Source: Psammoneis japonica
Taxonomy: Eukaryota
DNA length: 64,000 bases
Assembly (NCBI GenBank): GCA_008632985.1
Contig: QPGO01000037.1
Location: forward strand, 372,001 to 436,000
Reading direction: 5' to 3'
Under the pieces are notes generated by a model, which had not been told where the DNA came from, did no database searches, and worked only from the letters and a program-made list of their open reading frames with translations. The position numbers were made by a program, and so were the translations under genes. Below, piece by piece: positions 12,630-24,302 of this stretch; positions within the stretch are counted from its first letter, which is position 1; each line of letters opens with the position of its first letter.

Positions 12630-12939
12630 TGACAGGAAATGGGCAAGAACTGGGCACTCGCCTGAGAGTGTCTTGGGTGATCAAGTCCGTGCACTGACAG
12701 GAGAGAGTAAGCTAGAGCCTAATCTAGAAACAGTACCTTGCGATAATGCTTTGTCTAGAAGTTGTGAGAGATTCTGAGCTAGTCTCAGAATCGACATGGC
12801 TGTCAGAACGGATAGATTCCGACAGGTTGTTGAAACACTCCGAAAGATCAGTGAATTTCAGTCACAAACCCGACTGAATATATATACTATCTTCGAACAT
12901 GAGGTTCCAATATAAAAGGGTCATGTGGGATCCCTGTCA
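12630..12939 (-). repeat. 5' LTR (310 bp), retains the TATATATA box at about 12879-12886
   Basis: Direct repeat of 5048-5357, from tgacagg to cctgtca. Confidence 0.97.
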
Positions 12940-13101
12940 GATGGTCATTCAGGGCAATATGTATGTGGACAGAGGTTTCTGTCACAAGTCATCAGGGCAT
13001 AAGTCTTCTTTCCCGCGCTTTTCACTGTTTCACATCCACATGCCCCCTTTTATTCTGCCAAGTCGTCGGGAGCCTTTTCGTTGTGAATACACCTCGACAC
13101 C

Positions 13102-13775
13102 ATGAGAAACCTACATGACGTGTTACAGTGCCTGGTTTTGCTTATCTTGTTGCCGTTTGGGAAGGCCTTGAAGCTCAAATCACCAGCCTTTTCAGATGGA
13201 GAATCCATTCCGCCTCAATTCACAGCAATGGGAAGGGATGTTTCGCCTCCTTTGCAGTGGAAAAAAGCTCCACAAGGAACGACAAGTCTCGCACTTACTG
13301 TGGATGATCCTGACGCGCCAGTGAGTTTCTGCTTTTGTAATACCGTCTGCCGGTGACCCGCACGAAGCATGCCCCTGTTTTCTAGCCAAACTGAGAGCAA
13401 CAGAGATTTGGTCTCATGTATTTTGAATTTCTTTTCATGTTTCAATTACTGTAGGATCCAGAACATCCAACTCGCGTTTTCGTTCACTGGGTGTTGTACA
13501 ATATCCCTTCTGATGTTCATGAACTGCGACAAGGGTGTTCAGCAAATCAGGGAAAATGCAAAATCCCCGGAAGCGAGGGGCTAAACGATTGGAACAAGGT
13601 TGGATACATGGGTCCAGATCCCCCGATTGGTCGGCATCGATACCATTTCACATTGTATGCGCTCGACAAGGCTTTGGATGAATTCAGTACTCCTCCGACA
13701 AAGTTTCAATTACAAGCTGCCATGGAGGGACATGTGCTTGGAGAAACTAGATTGATTGGCACCTTTCAGAAGTGA
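13102..13775 (+). CDS. PEBP / YbhB-YbcL family protein with signal peptide; intron 13321-13454
   Basis: Motifs LKLKSPAF, SPPLQW, LTVDDPDAP|DP..FVHWVLYNIP and GYMGPDPPIGRHRYHFTLYALD. A GTGAGT...TAG intron joins the frames. Confidence 0.93.
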
Positions 13776-14389
13776 ATCAAACTACAGTCTACCTGCTACA
13801 TAAAGTACACATCCGATTATCGAAAAGTTTTTTGCGAGATCAATTTAGAATAGGCTTTATTTCTATAGTAAAAATGGATTTATCAAATCTCAAGCGCAAC
13901 GACGACTGGAATGCTATTTGTGGGCGCGCGGGGTGTAGCAAGTAAACGCTGAGAAGGTGCTTGTCTATTCATCCTTCTCCTCACTGATTCGCTGGATTGG
14001 GGTGGTATGCTATGGTTCGATCTCTTGAGGAGGTTCGACAGAAGATAAGAATCGACATTTTTCTAGAGTCCGGGAAGATCTCTAAGGTTACCGTATCACC
14101 AACCGAGGAACTTCAGTGTATGATCACTTGCACTAACGAAACAACATGACACCGATTCAGTCGAAGTATTCGACAACGATGACACCAAAACATCCAAACA
14201 TCACACCGCAAGCTGGAAGCAAACTCAAACATAGAAGTATTTACGCCATCAATCAGCACTCTAAGCTTCTCTTTTCTTTAGAGAGATCCTATGGTCAAAC
14301 GCTGCTTTGTTTATCGAATATAGTGTCAAAATGGAGGCCTAGCTAACAGCGTCGTTGTAACGAGTAACGAGAGACGAAAAAAACAGACG

Positions 14390-16200
14390 ATGAATTCAGC
14401 CTTTCGCTCCGCACCTCCCTCGACAGCTGCGGCGGTGGCGGCAGTTTCCGCTGGCGCCGTACTTGCCCTTAGCCACGTGTCGACCATTGCAGAAGCCAAC
14501 GCAGAAAAGTTATCTTCATCGTACAAAATCGAAGCAGATCTGATGGACAAGATCGCGTCGAAATCGTATATTCAGCAACGAAATCCAAATCCAGACAAAC
14601 TACCGAGGGGAGTACCGAAAACTATGAGAATTCTTGCCATTGACCTTCCACAGATGCGTGAGGCGTTTGACGGAGAATGCCGAGTGAACTTGAAACGGGT
14701 ATTTCCTGGTGAGTGACGACATCACCTCTAAGAATTCCGTTCTTACGGCTTCGCCGAGACGAAAGCTCGCCTTTTTCAAAATCTATGGTACTTCTAGCAT
14801 CACCAAACATTTCGTCGGGATTGCCTTGGCTTCAAACATTTCTCACTCGTCTGTTTTCTGACCTTTTAAAGATGGTATTGCTCCTTACAAAGTGATTCGT
14901 CAAAAAGATAAAGACTCTGCTCGTACTGTGGAGATTATGCAAAAGTCGCTGGCAAAGTCAGTTGTGAGGTGTCGAAAGGCCAAATCAAAACGTGTTGGTG
15001 TGGAGCTGTTGGAAGCTAGTGTGGCCGAATTGAACCCTCACAACCTTAGAAAGACCCATCAGTTTGGTAACTATACTTTTGACCCCGGTAAATTTGCCAG
15101 ACACCAGACAGAAGTTGGATCCCCCGCCAATCCCGACGACGAGGAGGAAGACGTGAAAGATAACCACAGGGGTAAGTCAAATAGACAGAACGCACCAGTG
15201 CAAATGGTGTTGGCCACTGAGGAAGATGAGCTAGATGCTCCTTGGAACCAATATGCCTGGATCGAAGAACTTGAGTCAAGGGTAAGAAACTATTCTTCTT
15301 GTCCCTTTCTGGCGTTCTACAAGCTGACAAGGGCCTCTATGTCGATTGTAGGTTTCCGGCCTGGTCCGTTTCGAGTCAGCCATGGAACGATCGTCGCGCT
15401 TTTCTCGTTTGATTTTCGGAAACGTGTATCGGCACGAGGTCCCATCCTCTCGAAGATTGTACGAGTGGTTCTTGCCCCGCTTCTTTCAACGTGATCCCTC
15501 CGGTGTGGACGGCGATGGTTTAAATTGGGCTTCCAACAAACCACATGCCGTCATTGCAAACGGCGCCGCCATGCAGCGAGTGCCCGGTTCCATGAAGCTC
15601 TTGGCCGATGTATGCAGGGAGGCAGACGTGCCACTTTACATCATTCAGGACCCACGCGCCTGGGGAGAGAATACGCACAGTGATTTACCAGGAGCACTCA
15701 AAGACATGCGACAGACCATCAAGGGACAAATTGTTGCCGCTGTACTGGAAGAACAGGGCGGCGCTTTTACTCGGGGACGAATCGTGGGACAGCTTGAAAC
15801 CGATGCTCGATGGCAGGCAAAGGAGTTGCAGCGAAAAGCCCAGCAAGCGATTCGGGACGCCAACGAGAAGTACATCAAAGGACGCGAGAATGATTGGCGA
15901 AAGTTGGACGCAGAAGGACTAAAGGAACGACTCGCAGAGCACGGGGTCATAATTTTGAGGGAGGAGGACAGCCTTGCAGCAGTTGACGCCAAGAACAAAA
16001 AGGCAGGCTGGCTACGCCGGGGTAACAAGAGTGTTCCCAAGGTCGGCTTTGACGCTACAGAAGGAATGATCCAACTTTCGAAAGAAGTGGTTATGGTTGC
16101 CAAAGATAGTAAAACAACAGAAGACCACCACGCAAGATCGGACGCGACGGCAGACAACGAGTCTAAACCGGCAGAGGCCAACGGTGTCACTACAACATAG
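14390..16200 (+). CDS. Hypothetical protein, 3 exons (introns about 14709-14871 and 15282-15351)
   Basis: Three ORFs are joined in frame by canonical GT-AG introns. There is an N-terminal hydrophobic stretch and no recognised domain. Confidence 0.75.
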
Positions 16201-16311
16201 TTGCTACTCACATAGTTAAAATTCGGCTAGTTGAACTCTTTGATTGGCAATTGCGCCAAAAAGCTATTTTACAATACTACACAGCATTGCTAGCAAAATG
16301 CGTTGGAAAGT

Positions 16312-17877
16312 CTAAGAAGCTTCAACCACTGGCGTCGAAGGTCGCTTTTTCTTTCTGGTTGAAACTTCCTCCCACACCTCTTCCGTCTCAACAGGAGGGG
16401 TCGATGAAGCATACTGTTCCTCTTCCTTTTGGAGCTTCAACGCAAGTGCTGCGTCGTCGATCGTATCATTTGTATTGTTATCAGTTTTCATTGCCTCTTT
16501 CACCGGCGGGGGAATCTTTTTCTTTTTGGATTTCTTTTTCTTGTTTCCATTAGCACGTTTCTGGGGCGCCGCTGCTACTGCGGCTGCTGTTGGCTGCATG
16601 TTTTCCTTTGCTTCCAAAGCAGGGGTAGCGCCAGTGGCAGCCTTGGCAGTGTCATTCGCCACAGGGGCCTTCGTAGCCTCCGGTTCAGGCTTAGCTGACT
16701 CTTCAGCAACAGGAACCTTGGCAGCCTCCGGTTCGGCCTTGGCTGAATCATCTGCAGTCTGCGGGGCTTTGGCGCTGTCAGATTCCTCTACATGAGTCTC
16801 CACATCGGTAGTAGCAGAAATCTCCGGTTTCGGGGAATCGTCCGGCTTTTTCGTCTCTGCCTTCTTCTTATTCTTATCACCGCCAGCCCCGACCGTGTGC
16901 CATCCTTCGTCACTCGGTTCTTCCTTGAGTGTCTGCCAGCCCTGCGAATCGACACGCATATCCTCGGGGCGTAGCTGCTTTTCCTCGGATACATTAGCCA
17001 TGCGGTCCTCTTCCGACTGCGCAACATGCTCTGTCGTCGACGAGCCATCCGTAGACACCGAATCCGGTGATTCGTGCAATCCTTCGTCGTTCTGCCCATT
17101 GTTGGCCGATGGCTTTCCGGTCGTCTTTTTGTTGCGAGCCCGCTTCTTGGCATTCGTCTTTTTCTTTGCAGTTTTCGTTTCCGCCAAGGGTTTCTCCAGC
17201 TCCTCCGAGACAAGTTCCTCTTCGATGGGAGACATTTGCACAGACACACGCTTCTCTTCTACTGGTTGAGAAACGGTCTTTGATTTGGCCTTTCCTTTCG
17301 ATTTCACGTTCTGTTTTTTTCCCTTTTGTTTTCCATTTTTGCGTCCCGTTCCTCTCTCAGCCACCACCTTTTTCGGTTTAGCGGGTCCAGCGAGACTCTT
17401 TCGTAGCTGATAAACAAGAACACCCAAGAATAGTAGCACAATGATCCATTGGACGACAGGAACTCCCTTTTCCATTTGTGATTTCAAATAGTCCGGGTGT
17501 CTAGCTGATTTCGACCTTTTAGCATAACCCCTACTAGGCTTGTCTCCCTTTTTGGGCGGGTCAGCCTCCACTTCTGGTTCCTCGTATAAAGCCCGCAACT
17601 CGTCTTCGTCCATTCCTTCATACTTCACGTGACTAGGGAGACGTCCGCGTCTCGACCTAGAAATGTGGTTGATCCTCCTCTGTTGTTGCTGCTGCTCCTG
17701 ATCTTTTTGGTTACGATTCGTTTGCTTTTTGACTCCATCCTTGGGAGGCGTCGTCATTTTGTGTCCGTCGTCCACCTTGATATCCAGAGACGACATGGGC
17801 CTCGCACGCTTCTTCTCCGTCTGAACGGGGCCGTCCGAGTCAATGGGTTTCTTGTTGTTGTAATTGTTAAGCCTCAT
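16312..17877 (-). CDS. Single-pass membrane protein with a long Lys/Glu/Ala-rich disordered tail
   Basis: 521-aa ORF with the TM segment VPVVQWIIVLLFLGVLVYQL followed by basic low-complexity sequence. Confidence 0.8.
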   Translation of the reverse strand: MRLNNYNNKKPIDSDGPVQTEKKRARPMSSLDIKVDDGHKMTTPPKDGVKKQTNRNQKDQEQQQQQRRINHISRSRRGRLPSHVKYEGMDEDELRALYEEPEVEADPPKKGDKPSRGYAKRSKSARHPDYLKSQMEKGVPVVQWIIVLLFLGVLVYQLRKSLAGPAKPKKVVAERGTGRKNGKQKGKKQNVKSKGKAKSKTVSQPVEEKRVSVQMSPIEEELVSEELEKPLAETKTAKKKTNAKKRARNKKTTGKPSANNGQNDEGLHESPDSVSTDGSSTTEHVAQSEEDRMANVSEEKQLRPEDMRVDSQGWQTLKEEPSDEGWHTVGAGGDKNKKKAETKKPDDSPKPEISATTDVETHVEESDSAKAPQTADDSAKAEPEAAKVPVAEESAKPEPEATKAPVANDTAKAATGATPALEAKENMQPTAAAVAAAPQKRANGNKKKKSKKKKIPPPVKEAMKTDNNTNDTIDDAALALKLQKEEEQYASSTPPVETEEVWEEVSTRKKKRPSTPVVEAS

Positions 17878-18668
17878 TGTAGTGCTTTCTTCAAATAATA
17901 GTATAGTCTAGCTACTGCCTTTGCACGCAAGAAACACGAAAAACAAAAAAAGGTTAGAACAAAGTGTGTGCTGTGTCAATCACACCACACGCAAACGCAG
18001 TGTTGACACGATCCCCGCGCGACTCTGCGCGTACGCGCGATGACAGGCAGCTACACGTGTTTCTCGTAGGATCGCACGTAGACGATCTTTCTCGAGCAAC
18101 CATGATGGACGCGGTGCCGGAATCAACAATGTCCGTCCAATTCACATTCAATCCATCAATGACCGACACGAATCAATCAACCAAAGGCATATACAATACG
18201 GCATGCGGCGCAAAGAGCAACAAATGAACGACATGGAGCGTCCTCACCTGCAGGGAAAGGATGTCTTTGTGATTTCGGCGCGGTGCGAGTTATGTGTGCC
18301 GTGCTTTGCCAGCGTGGTTTCATGCGCTTTGATTTCACGCACAGAAAATACAGCTTTCACGTATGTAGGATATACGTAGATTCGATACCAATTCCAAAGA
18401 AATCCACGTCAACCTGATCTGAAGACTCTGAATAAAATGACGGAGGGAGTTCGCCTTCGCGGCGTAGAATCCTACGTCAAACCTGGTACTAACTGCATTC
18501 GTTCTTCGATTTTCGAAAACGCTCGCTCCAAGCGCGGCTCTCCGGTCTTGCCTCCTTCGCAAAAACAGAACAACAAATCACAAAATCAACAACAACAACA
18601 TCAAGTACAAGTAGTCCATGAGTTCAACCAAATCTTATTGTTCATAAGGTGCTTATCCTAATATCATC

Positions 18669-19664
18669 ATGGACGACAGAGACGATCCATATGACGTCTT
18701 GGGCGTTTCCAGAGATGCGTCCGAATCTCAAATCAAAGCAGCGTATCGAAAACTCGCGTTGCGTCATCATCCCGACAAGCAAACCTCAGAAGCGGCCAAG
18801 GCAGAAGCGACGGCTCGTTTTGCCAAAATTAGCAACGCGTATGAAGTGTTAAGTGATGTAGAACGACGACGTGAATACGATTCGCCTCGTGCGTTTCGAC
18901 ACGACCATGATGGTGTTTTTCGTCACTCGTTCCACGATCCGTTTTCCGTCTTTGCTCAAGTCTTTGGAGAAGAGTTTGGTTCTGTTCCTCGTTCTGGCTC
19001 GCGTCGTCGCAGTACTGATCCTTTCCAAGACACTTTCTTTCAGGATCCATTCAATGTAGGAGGAAGTATGTTTGGGGGTGGAATATTTGGTAGTGGCATG
19101 TTTGGAGGAAGAAGCATGTTTGATCAAATGGACCAACAAATGAGACAACACGAGGAAATGATGCGTCGAGGCCAGAACCAGTCACAGTCCGGCAATTACT
19201 ACTATTCTAGTAGCAGCAGCAGTACTTTTGGAGGAAACAGAGCGGGCGAATCTGTCACGACAAGCACTCGCACGATTAATGGCAAGACTCAAACCGTGAC
19301 TGAGCGTGTCATTACCAAACCAGATGGTACGGTCGAGCGCCATGTGGAAACTTCTGGGGACGAGGACTTTCCTGCGCAGATTGATCATCCCTTTTTCAAT
19401 CAGTTACCCAACAGCAACACGAACCATCGTCAGTTGGAACACAATGCGACCGCTCCTCAGGAAGAAGCGGCAGGCGCACCCAAGAAACGACGATTCTTCA
19501 GTAGGCGCAGTTCCAAGAAACATCATGGCGAAAGAGACGATCCTGACTCGACGGGTCAGTCGGGCCCCCATCATCACGATATTGAATATTGCTCTCTATT
19601 ACGAGAATTGTACGTTTTAGGAAGCTCACCCATGCTGTCGAGGAAGTCTATACTTAATTTTTAG
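18669..19664 (+). CDS. DnaJ/Hsp40 protein (DNAJB6/8-like); 3' end uncertain
   Basis: J domain DPYDVLGV...YRKLALRHHPDK...AYEVLSD, an FxDPFxVFxxVFG motif, a G/F/M-rich linker and an S/T-rich beta region. Confidence 0.92.
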   Translation: MDDRDDPYDVLGVSRDASESQIKAAYRKLALRHHPDKQTSEAAKAEATARFAKISNAYEVLSDVERRREYDSPRAFRHDHDGVFRHSFHDPFSVFAQVFGEEFGSVPRSGSRRRSTDPFQDTFFQDPFNVGGSMFGGGIFGSGMFGGRSMFDQMDQQMRQHEEMMRRGQNQSQSGNYYYSSSSSSTFGGNRAGESVTTSTRTINGKTQTVTERVITKPDGTVERHVETSGDEDFPAQIDHPFFNQLPNSNTNHRQLEHNATAPQEEAAGAPKKRRFFSRRSSKKHHGERDDPDSTGQSGPHHHDIEYCSLLRELYVLGSSPMLSRKSILNF

Positions 19665-19694
19665 TAGATATCATTGAGTAGGTTACGTTAGCGT

Positions 19695-20097
19695 TTAATA
19701 ATCAGAAGCGTAACTGCCACGTAGCAGCAGCGAAAAAAGAAGAGAGATGAGAACACCTGGGATAAGAGTGGAACCAGCTGAGCAAAGGCGTTCTGTGCAT
19801 CCAGAATAGACACTGCGTGTAGCCGCACAGTAATCGCCTTCAAACCAAATACATGACTTGCTAGTGTTTGAACGGCAACGGGGTATCAACACACTCTGTG
19901 CAGTCCTTTATGCTCCTGCATGCTTCATTGTCAGACCGTATTGTCTCGATCGAATTGCAGCTTTCTTCGGGAGCGTCGTCATTGAACACAAACCCACAAG
20001 AGACGACGGATTCGCAGCGCTCGGTTTGAGCTGACATTACAGAAATCATCAATAAACAGCTGAGCGTCACACTGAAGCCTCTCAATGTCAGTGCCAT
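19695..20097 (-). CDS. Small secreted Cys-rich (PSI-like) protein with a C-terminal hydrophobic anchor; one frameshift near 19875
   Basis: Signal peptide MALTLRGFSVTLSCLLMISVMSA, the pattern C..DCTECV...CIW...C across two frames, and the C-terminus LIPGVLISLLFSLLL. Confidence 0.55.
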
Positions 20098-21471
20098 TGT
20101 TGCATTAAGCTAAAGAGAAGACGGTAAAACCATGACAGACATCAAAAAATCCAAAACCAAAACTCGTCAGTCTTGCTTCGCGCATGTTTCCCGCCAAAGA
20201 ATCAGGACGAGGGACGGACGTCGTATCCTTCTCTCATTTTTGGCAAAATCTCGACGGATGCACGAATGGCATTTATGGTATGGTGAGGACGACCTCTACA
20301 GTATACACTAAATACTAAATAGGGCCTACGATATTACTGTAATAACAATGACCCGAGGCTCTAGTACCGGTAGAGAGATTCAATAGGTTACTTCTAATTC
20401 ACTAACACTTCAGAAAGGCGGAGCCAAGAGAGCAAACTGCGAAATGAATCGAGCTTGTTTGTTGTTGCAGATCCATGGTTGGTAGCTCGACACTGATGAG
20501 GAGCCTTCGATGCGCATCACGGCAGGTTTAGTCATCCACTTGCAACGTCTTGCAGCATGTCATTTGCAACGTACCGTGTTGAAACATTGCCAGATTTAGT
20601 AGAATCAAGTGAGTCACCCCACATGCCTCATTGTGTCCAAATCCTTGGCCTCATTCGAATCAGAATTTGAATGATTATGTGGCAAGAACAACGACTGAAA
20701 TGTTGTCACATAAAACAGCTGTCGGCGAGAATTGTGCTTAAATAGCTCTTCAATTCGTTTCGAACGGGGAACCGACTGAATCAGGGCAACAGAAAAGTGG
20801 CGCCAAAACGCCACCTGTTTTCGCAGTGACGTCGATCTTATGTAAATGACGTTATCTTATTTAACCGTACTTGATGTTACGAACTCTGACTACGGCCAGC
20901 CACGTTGCTACGAAATTTTGTACCAAAGTTCACGTAGACATCGATAACACGTATGTGCACCATGAACAAGAGCAAAATGTGGCATCCATCGCGGTTATCA
21001 AACACACCACCACAGGACCGCGTCACTAAACTCACGAACTCCTTCTGCTACTGACTACTCAATTCTTCTGCACTCGAAGGACAAGCTTCTCATTTGAGAA
21101 ACTGAACCACTTGTGAAGGTCACTCGTAGACCAACACGGCAAAACTTGAGGCTGGCCTTTTTAATATAAGCTTGCATTCATCAGGTATGAAAACTGGGGC
21201 GATTGTCTGATCTGAATCTGCACAACTTGTCGGGCTAATTGGTACAACACAGAAAATGGCGTTTCAGGCTGCAACTTGAAAATCTGGTTCCTCTCGCGAT
21301 CAAAGTGCCCTGCGAGTTTTTGCTTTTTGGAGTATCTTCTTTATGCACGCTTTTTCACATTTACTTACGCGTCGTTTCGTATTTGTTCTTTTGCTTGCGT
21401 TGATTGACAAACAGAATAGAATTCTTATCGTGGTGACTAGAATTGAAAAACCAGAAAAAAGAAGCAGAAAG

Positions 21472-23156
21472 ATGATGCAGGGACGCTTTGTACTTGCGGC
21501 TGCGGTGCTATCAGCATTGTTCTGTCCATCGGAAGCATTTACGGTCCCACACACTTCGGCTGGTCTTCGACTAGTCAGAGATCCGGCAATGAAACAGCTG
21601 CCCATGAGTAGCACACACGGTTCTAGGTCATCTCGTAGATACATGTCTGCCGTAGCAAGCGAGAAGGGCGTGAAAAAGAAGCAAGAAAAGTACCGCCCCA
21701 ACCCTGTGGTTGTATCGGCTGAAGCTGAGGCTCTGAGCCACTCCTCTACCACAATGAAGCTCGCTCCCAGTTATGAATTGTTCCAAATGTTAACAGAAGA
21801 AGAAGGAGGTATCATCCCTGAGAAGATGAATGGCAATGCCCTACGAGACGCAACTGCTCTCAAGGTAGGGAATCCAGACACCATCGATGGCCTTCAGCTT
21901 TCGGACTACAAGGGCCTTGGTGGTAAAAAGAAAATCGAAGATCTTCCGATCCGTTCAAGATGGTCGAGAAGGAGCTAAAGCCATTCTCTGACTCTATTAA
22001 AGAGCTGGTTTCGACCGATCAGCCTATCCTCTCCATGGCTGCAAAGCACTTTTTGAAAAGAGACACGGAAAGCGCTTCCGACCCACAATTGTGCAACTCG
22101 TGGCCAAGGCTGTGGCAGCTGCCACCCCAGAGCAAATGTTTTCGGAAGACGTCGAGTCTGCGAAGGAACGGAACAAGAGCATTCTAGTATGGAGAAAGTT
22201 GGTGGTGTTGCTGGATGGGAATGGAGTGGTGCGTCTGAGATAGACGTTGAAGGTGGTATCGTCACTCAGAAGAATCACCAGGGGTCAGAAGTATGGAGGA
22301 GACAGGCCCAGCTCGGTCAAATTGTTGAAATGATTCACGTGGCATCCCTGATTCATGACGATGTATTGGATGAGGCTGATACACGTAGAGGTGGAGAGGC
22401 TGTGCACAAACTTTACTCAAACAAAGTTGCCGTTCTGGCGGGCGACTACCTTCTTGCCCGTGCTTCTGTCCTTTTGGCCGGTTGGAAAACACTGCCGTGG
22501 TGCAAATAATGGCAACCGCACTTGAGTCACTTGTTGCAGGTGAAATCATGCAGCTCAAGAGTCCACCGGAGTCACTGTTGGAGATGGAGAGCTACCTTCG
22601 CAAATCGTATTACAAGACTGCATCGCTTATTTGCTACGCTTGCCGATCAACCGCGTTGTTGGGAGGACATGCCTACGGATCTATCGTTGCCACGGCCTGC
22701 GAAGAATTCGGCTTTCACCTTGGACTGGCGTATCAGATTCAAGATGACATTCTCGACTTTACGGCAGCTGCCAATGTTTTGGGAAAGCCAGCGCTCGCAG
22801 ATATGGACCTCGGTCTGAGCACTGCCCCTATCCTTTACGCCGCACAAGAAGAACCTAAACTGCGAAAGCTGGTAATGAGGAGGTTCAAGAAGAAGGGCGA
22901 CAAGCAAATGGCGCTTGAAACATTGTACAAGAGCGACACTGCAATGGAAAGGCCAGAGATTTGGCGAAATTCCATGCGCAGGTATGCTTTTTAGTTGGCA
23001 TTTTCGACTTATTGTTTCCCACTTCCTTTTACTCACATGATGACGTCTTTCTTTGACCTTCAGAGAGCTGTCGATGCACTTTTGCGTCTTCCCCAGTCAG
23101 AGGCACGCGATGCCCTCGTGCGGTTGACACATGCCGTCATCACTCGGCAAAAGTAA
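21472..23156 (+). CDS. Plastid-targeted long-chain trans-prenyl (solanesyl-type) diphosphate synthase; several frameshifts; intron about 22982-23063
   Basis: Signal peptide with SEA|F, then EMIHVASLIHDDVLD, RRG, NKVAVLAGDYLLARAS, SYYKTASLI and LGLAYQIQDDILDF. Confidence 0.9.
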
Positions 23157-23603
23157 TACTACGGAAAGTGTTCTCATCAAGAATTTCTCAGCCCGAAACC
23201 TTTGGTTCCAAGAGGAGCCTACAACACGCACCCACATCATTCACCGCAACCGAAAGCCATTATACCTGGATCATCATGACAAACAAATAAATGATAGAAA
23301 TGGTTTCTTACCAGTACTAGTAGTTTTGCTGACGAGGCGGCATATGATAGAAATGGTTTCTTTGTTCGCCAGAGCATCATTGGGCGGACTTATACAGAGA
23401 GCAAATGATTGAAACAATGTGGGCGGATTATTGTAAAGTATTTCTAGGTACCAAATGTAGATTAATGTGCCGGATAGTTGAAGTGCCGGAATATGCCTCG
23501 TTGTACGGTGTCAGCAGCGCTTGTATCGTGTATGTTTTTGGTCTTGCTTTTAAAGCAGTGTAGCATCATCTTGGGTTGAAAGCATGTTTCAACTCAAACT
23601 AAA

Positions 23604-24302
23604 TTACCTGCCCTCGTCTTCAATGTCAACATCAATAATCGTGCCCTGTCTTCGTCGCTCATCCTGCCGCTTTTGTTCAGCGGATGTTGGGTTTCTACTA
23701 GCACCCCACGAATCATCAAAGAATCCACCCATAAAGGGATCGGTTTCTTCAAAGATGGATCTGCTCGTACGACCTCCAGATGAGACGGCCTCGATTCCCG
23801 TCTTGTCGGCGGATGCCTGCACCACCGTCCCACAATTCAAGCAAATGCTGGGCGACGAGTCCTTGAGAACACGAAGCGGCGCAGAGCAGTTTGGACATGG
23901 TCCCTGGATTGTATTGAAAAATTGCCAACCCTGAAATCCAGCCCAAAGAACTACCGGCGTTATAAAGGCCAAGGCGAGAAAGGAATTAACGATTGCAAAC
24001 ACGAATCCTCCAAGTGGCGAGGCGAAAAAGGCAATCACCAAGGCAACACCCAGTACGCTCGATAGCAGTCCTTTCAAATCATTGTTCCGTCCTCCACCGC
24101 CTCCAGGGGGTAAATTGTACATGTAACGACTGACGGTCTTTTGACTGTGCGACTGTCCACGGCGCATTAGCGGTGGCGGGCTAAAGAAAAGCTTGGCCCG
24201 AGGAGCAACAGACGGATGCGTATTGACACGCACTGTTGGATGGACAGTGAATCCAGAGACTGCGGCAACAACCAGGAGCACACATAAAAGTAAGCTCTTC
24301 AT
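23604..24302 (-). CDS. Plastid-targeted membrane protein with a CxxC...CxxC zinc ribbon
   Basis: Presequence MKSLLLCVLLVVAAVSG|F, two hydrophobic helices, GPCPNC...ICLNCG and a C-terminal TIIDVD. Confidence 0.8.
   Translation of the reverse strand: MKSLLLCVLLVVAAVSGFTVHPTVRVNTHPSVAPRAKLFFSPPPLMRRGQSHSQKTVSRYMYNLPPGGGGGRNNDLKGLLSSVLGVALVIAFFASPLGGFVFAIVNSFLALAFITPVVLWAGFQGWQFFNTIQGPCPNCSAPLRVLKDSSPSICLNCGTVVQASADKTGIEAVSSGGRTSRSIFEETDPFMGGFFDDSWGASRNPTSAEQKRQDERRRQGTIIDVDIEDEGR

Larger units (their letters stand above)
5048..12939 (-). mobile_element. Full-length Ty1/copia (CoDi-like) LTR retrotransposon, 7.9 kb, inactivated
   Basis: Two 310-bp LTRs with TG...CA ends and a 5-bp TSD GATGG (5043-5047 and 12940-12944). 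PBS and PPT are present. Domain order is gag CCHC knuckles, protease (WFVDSGASSH), integrase, RT (YTDD) and RNase H (FTDASW, QLADCLTK). Confidence 0.97.
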
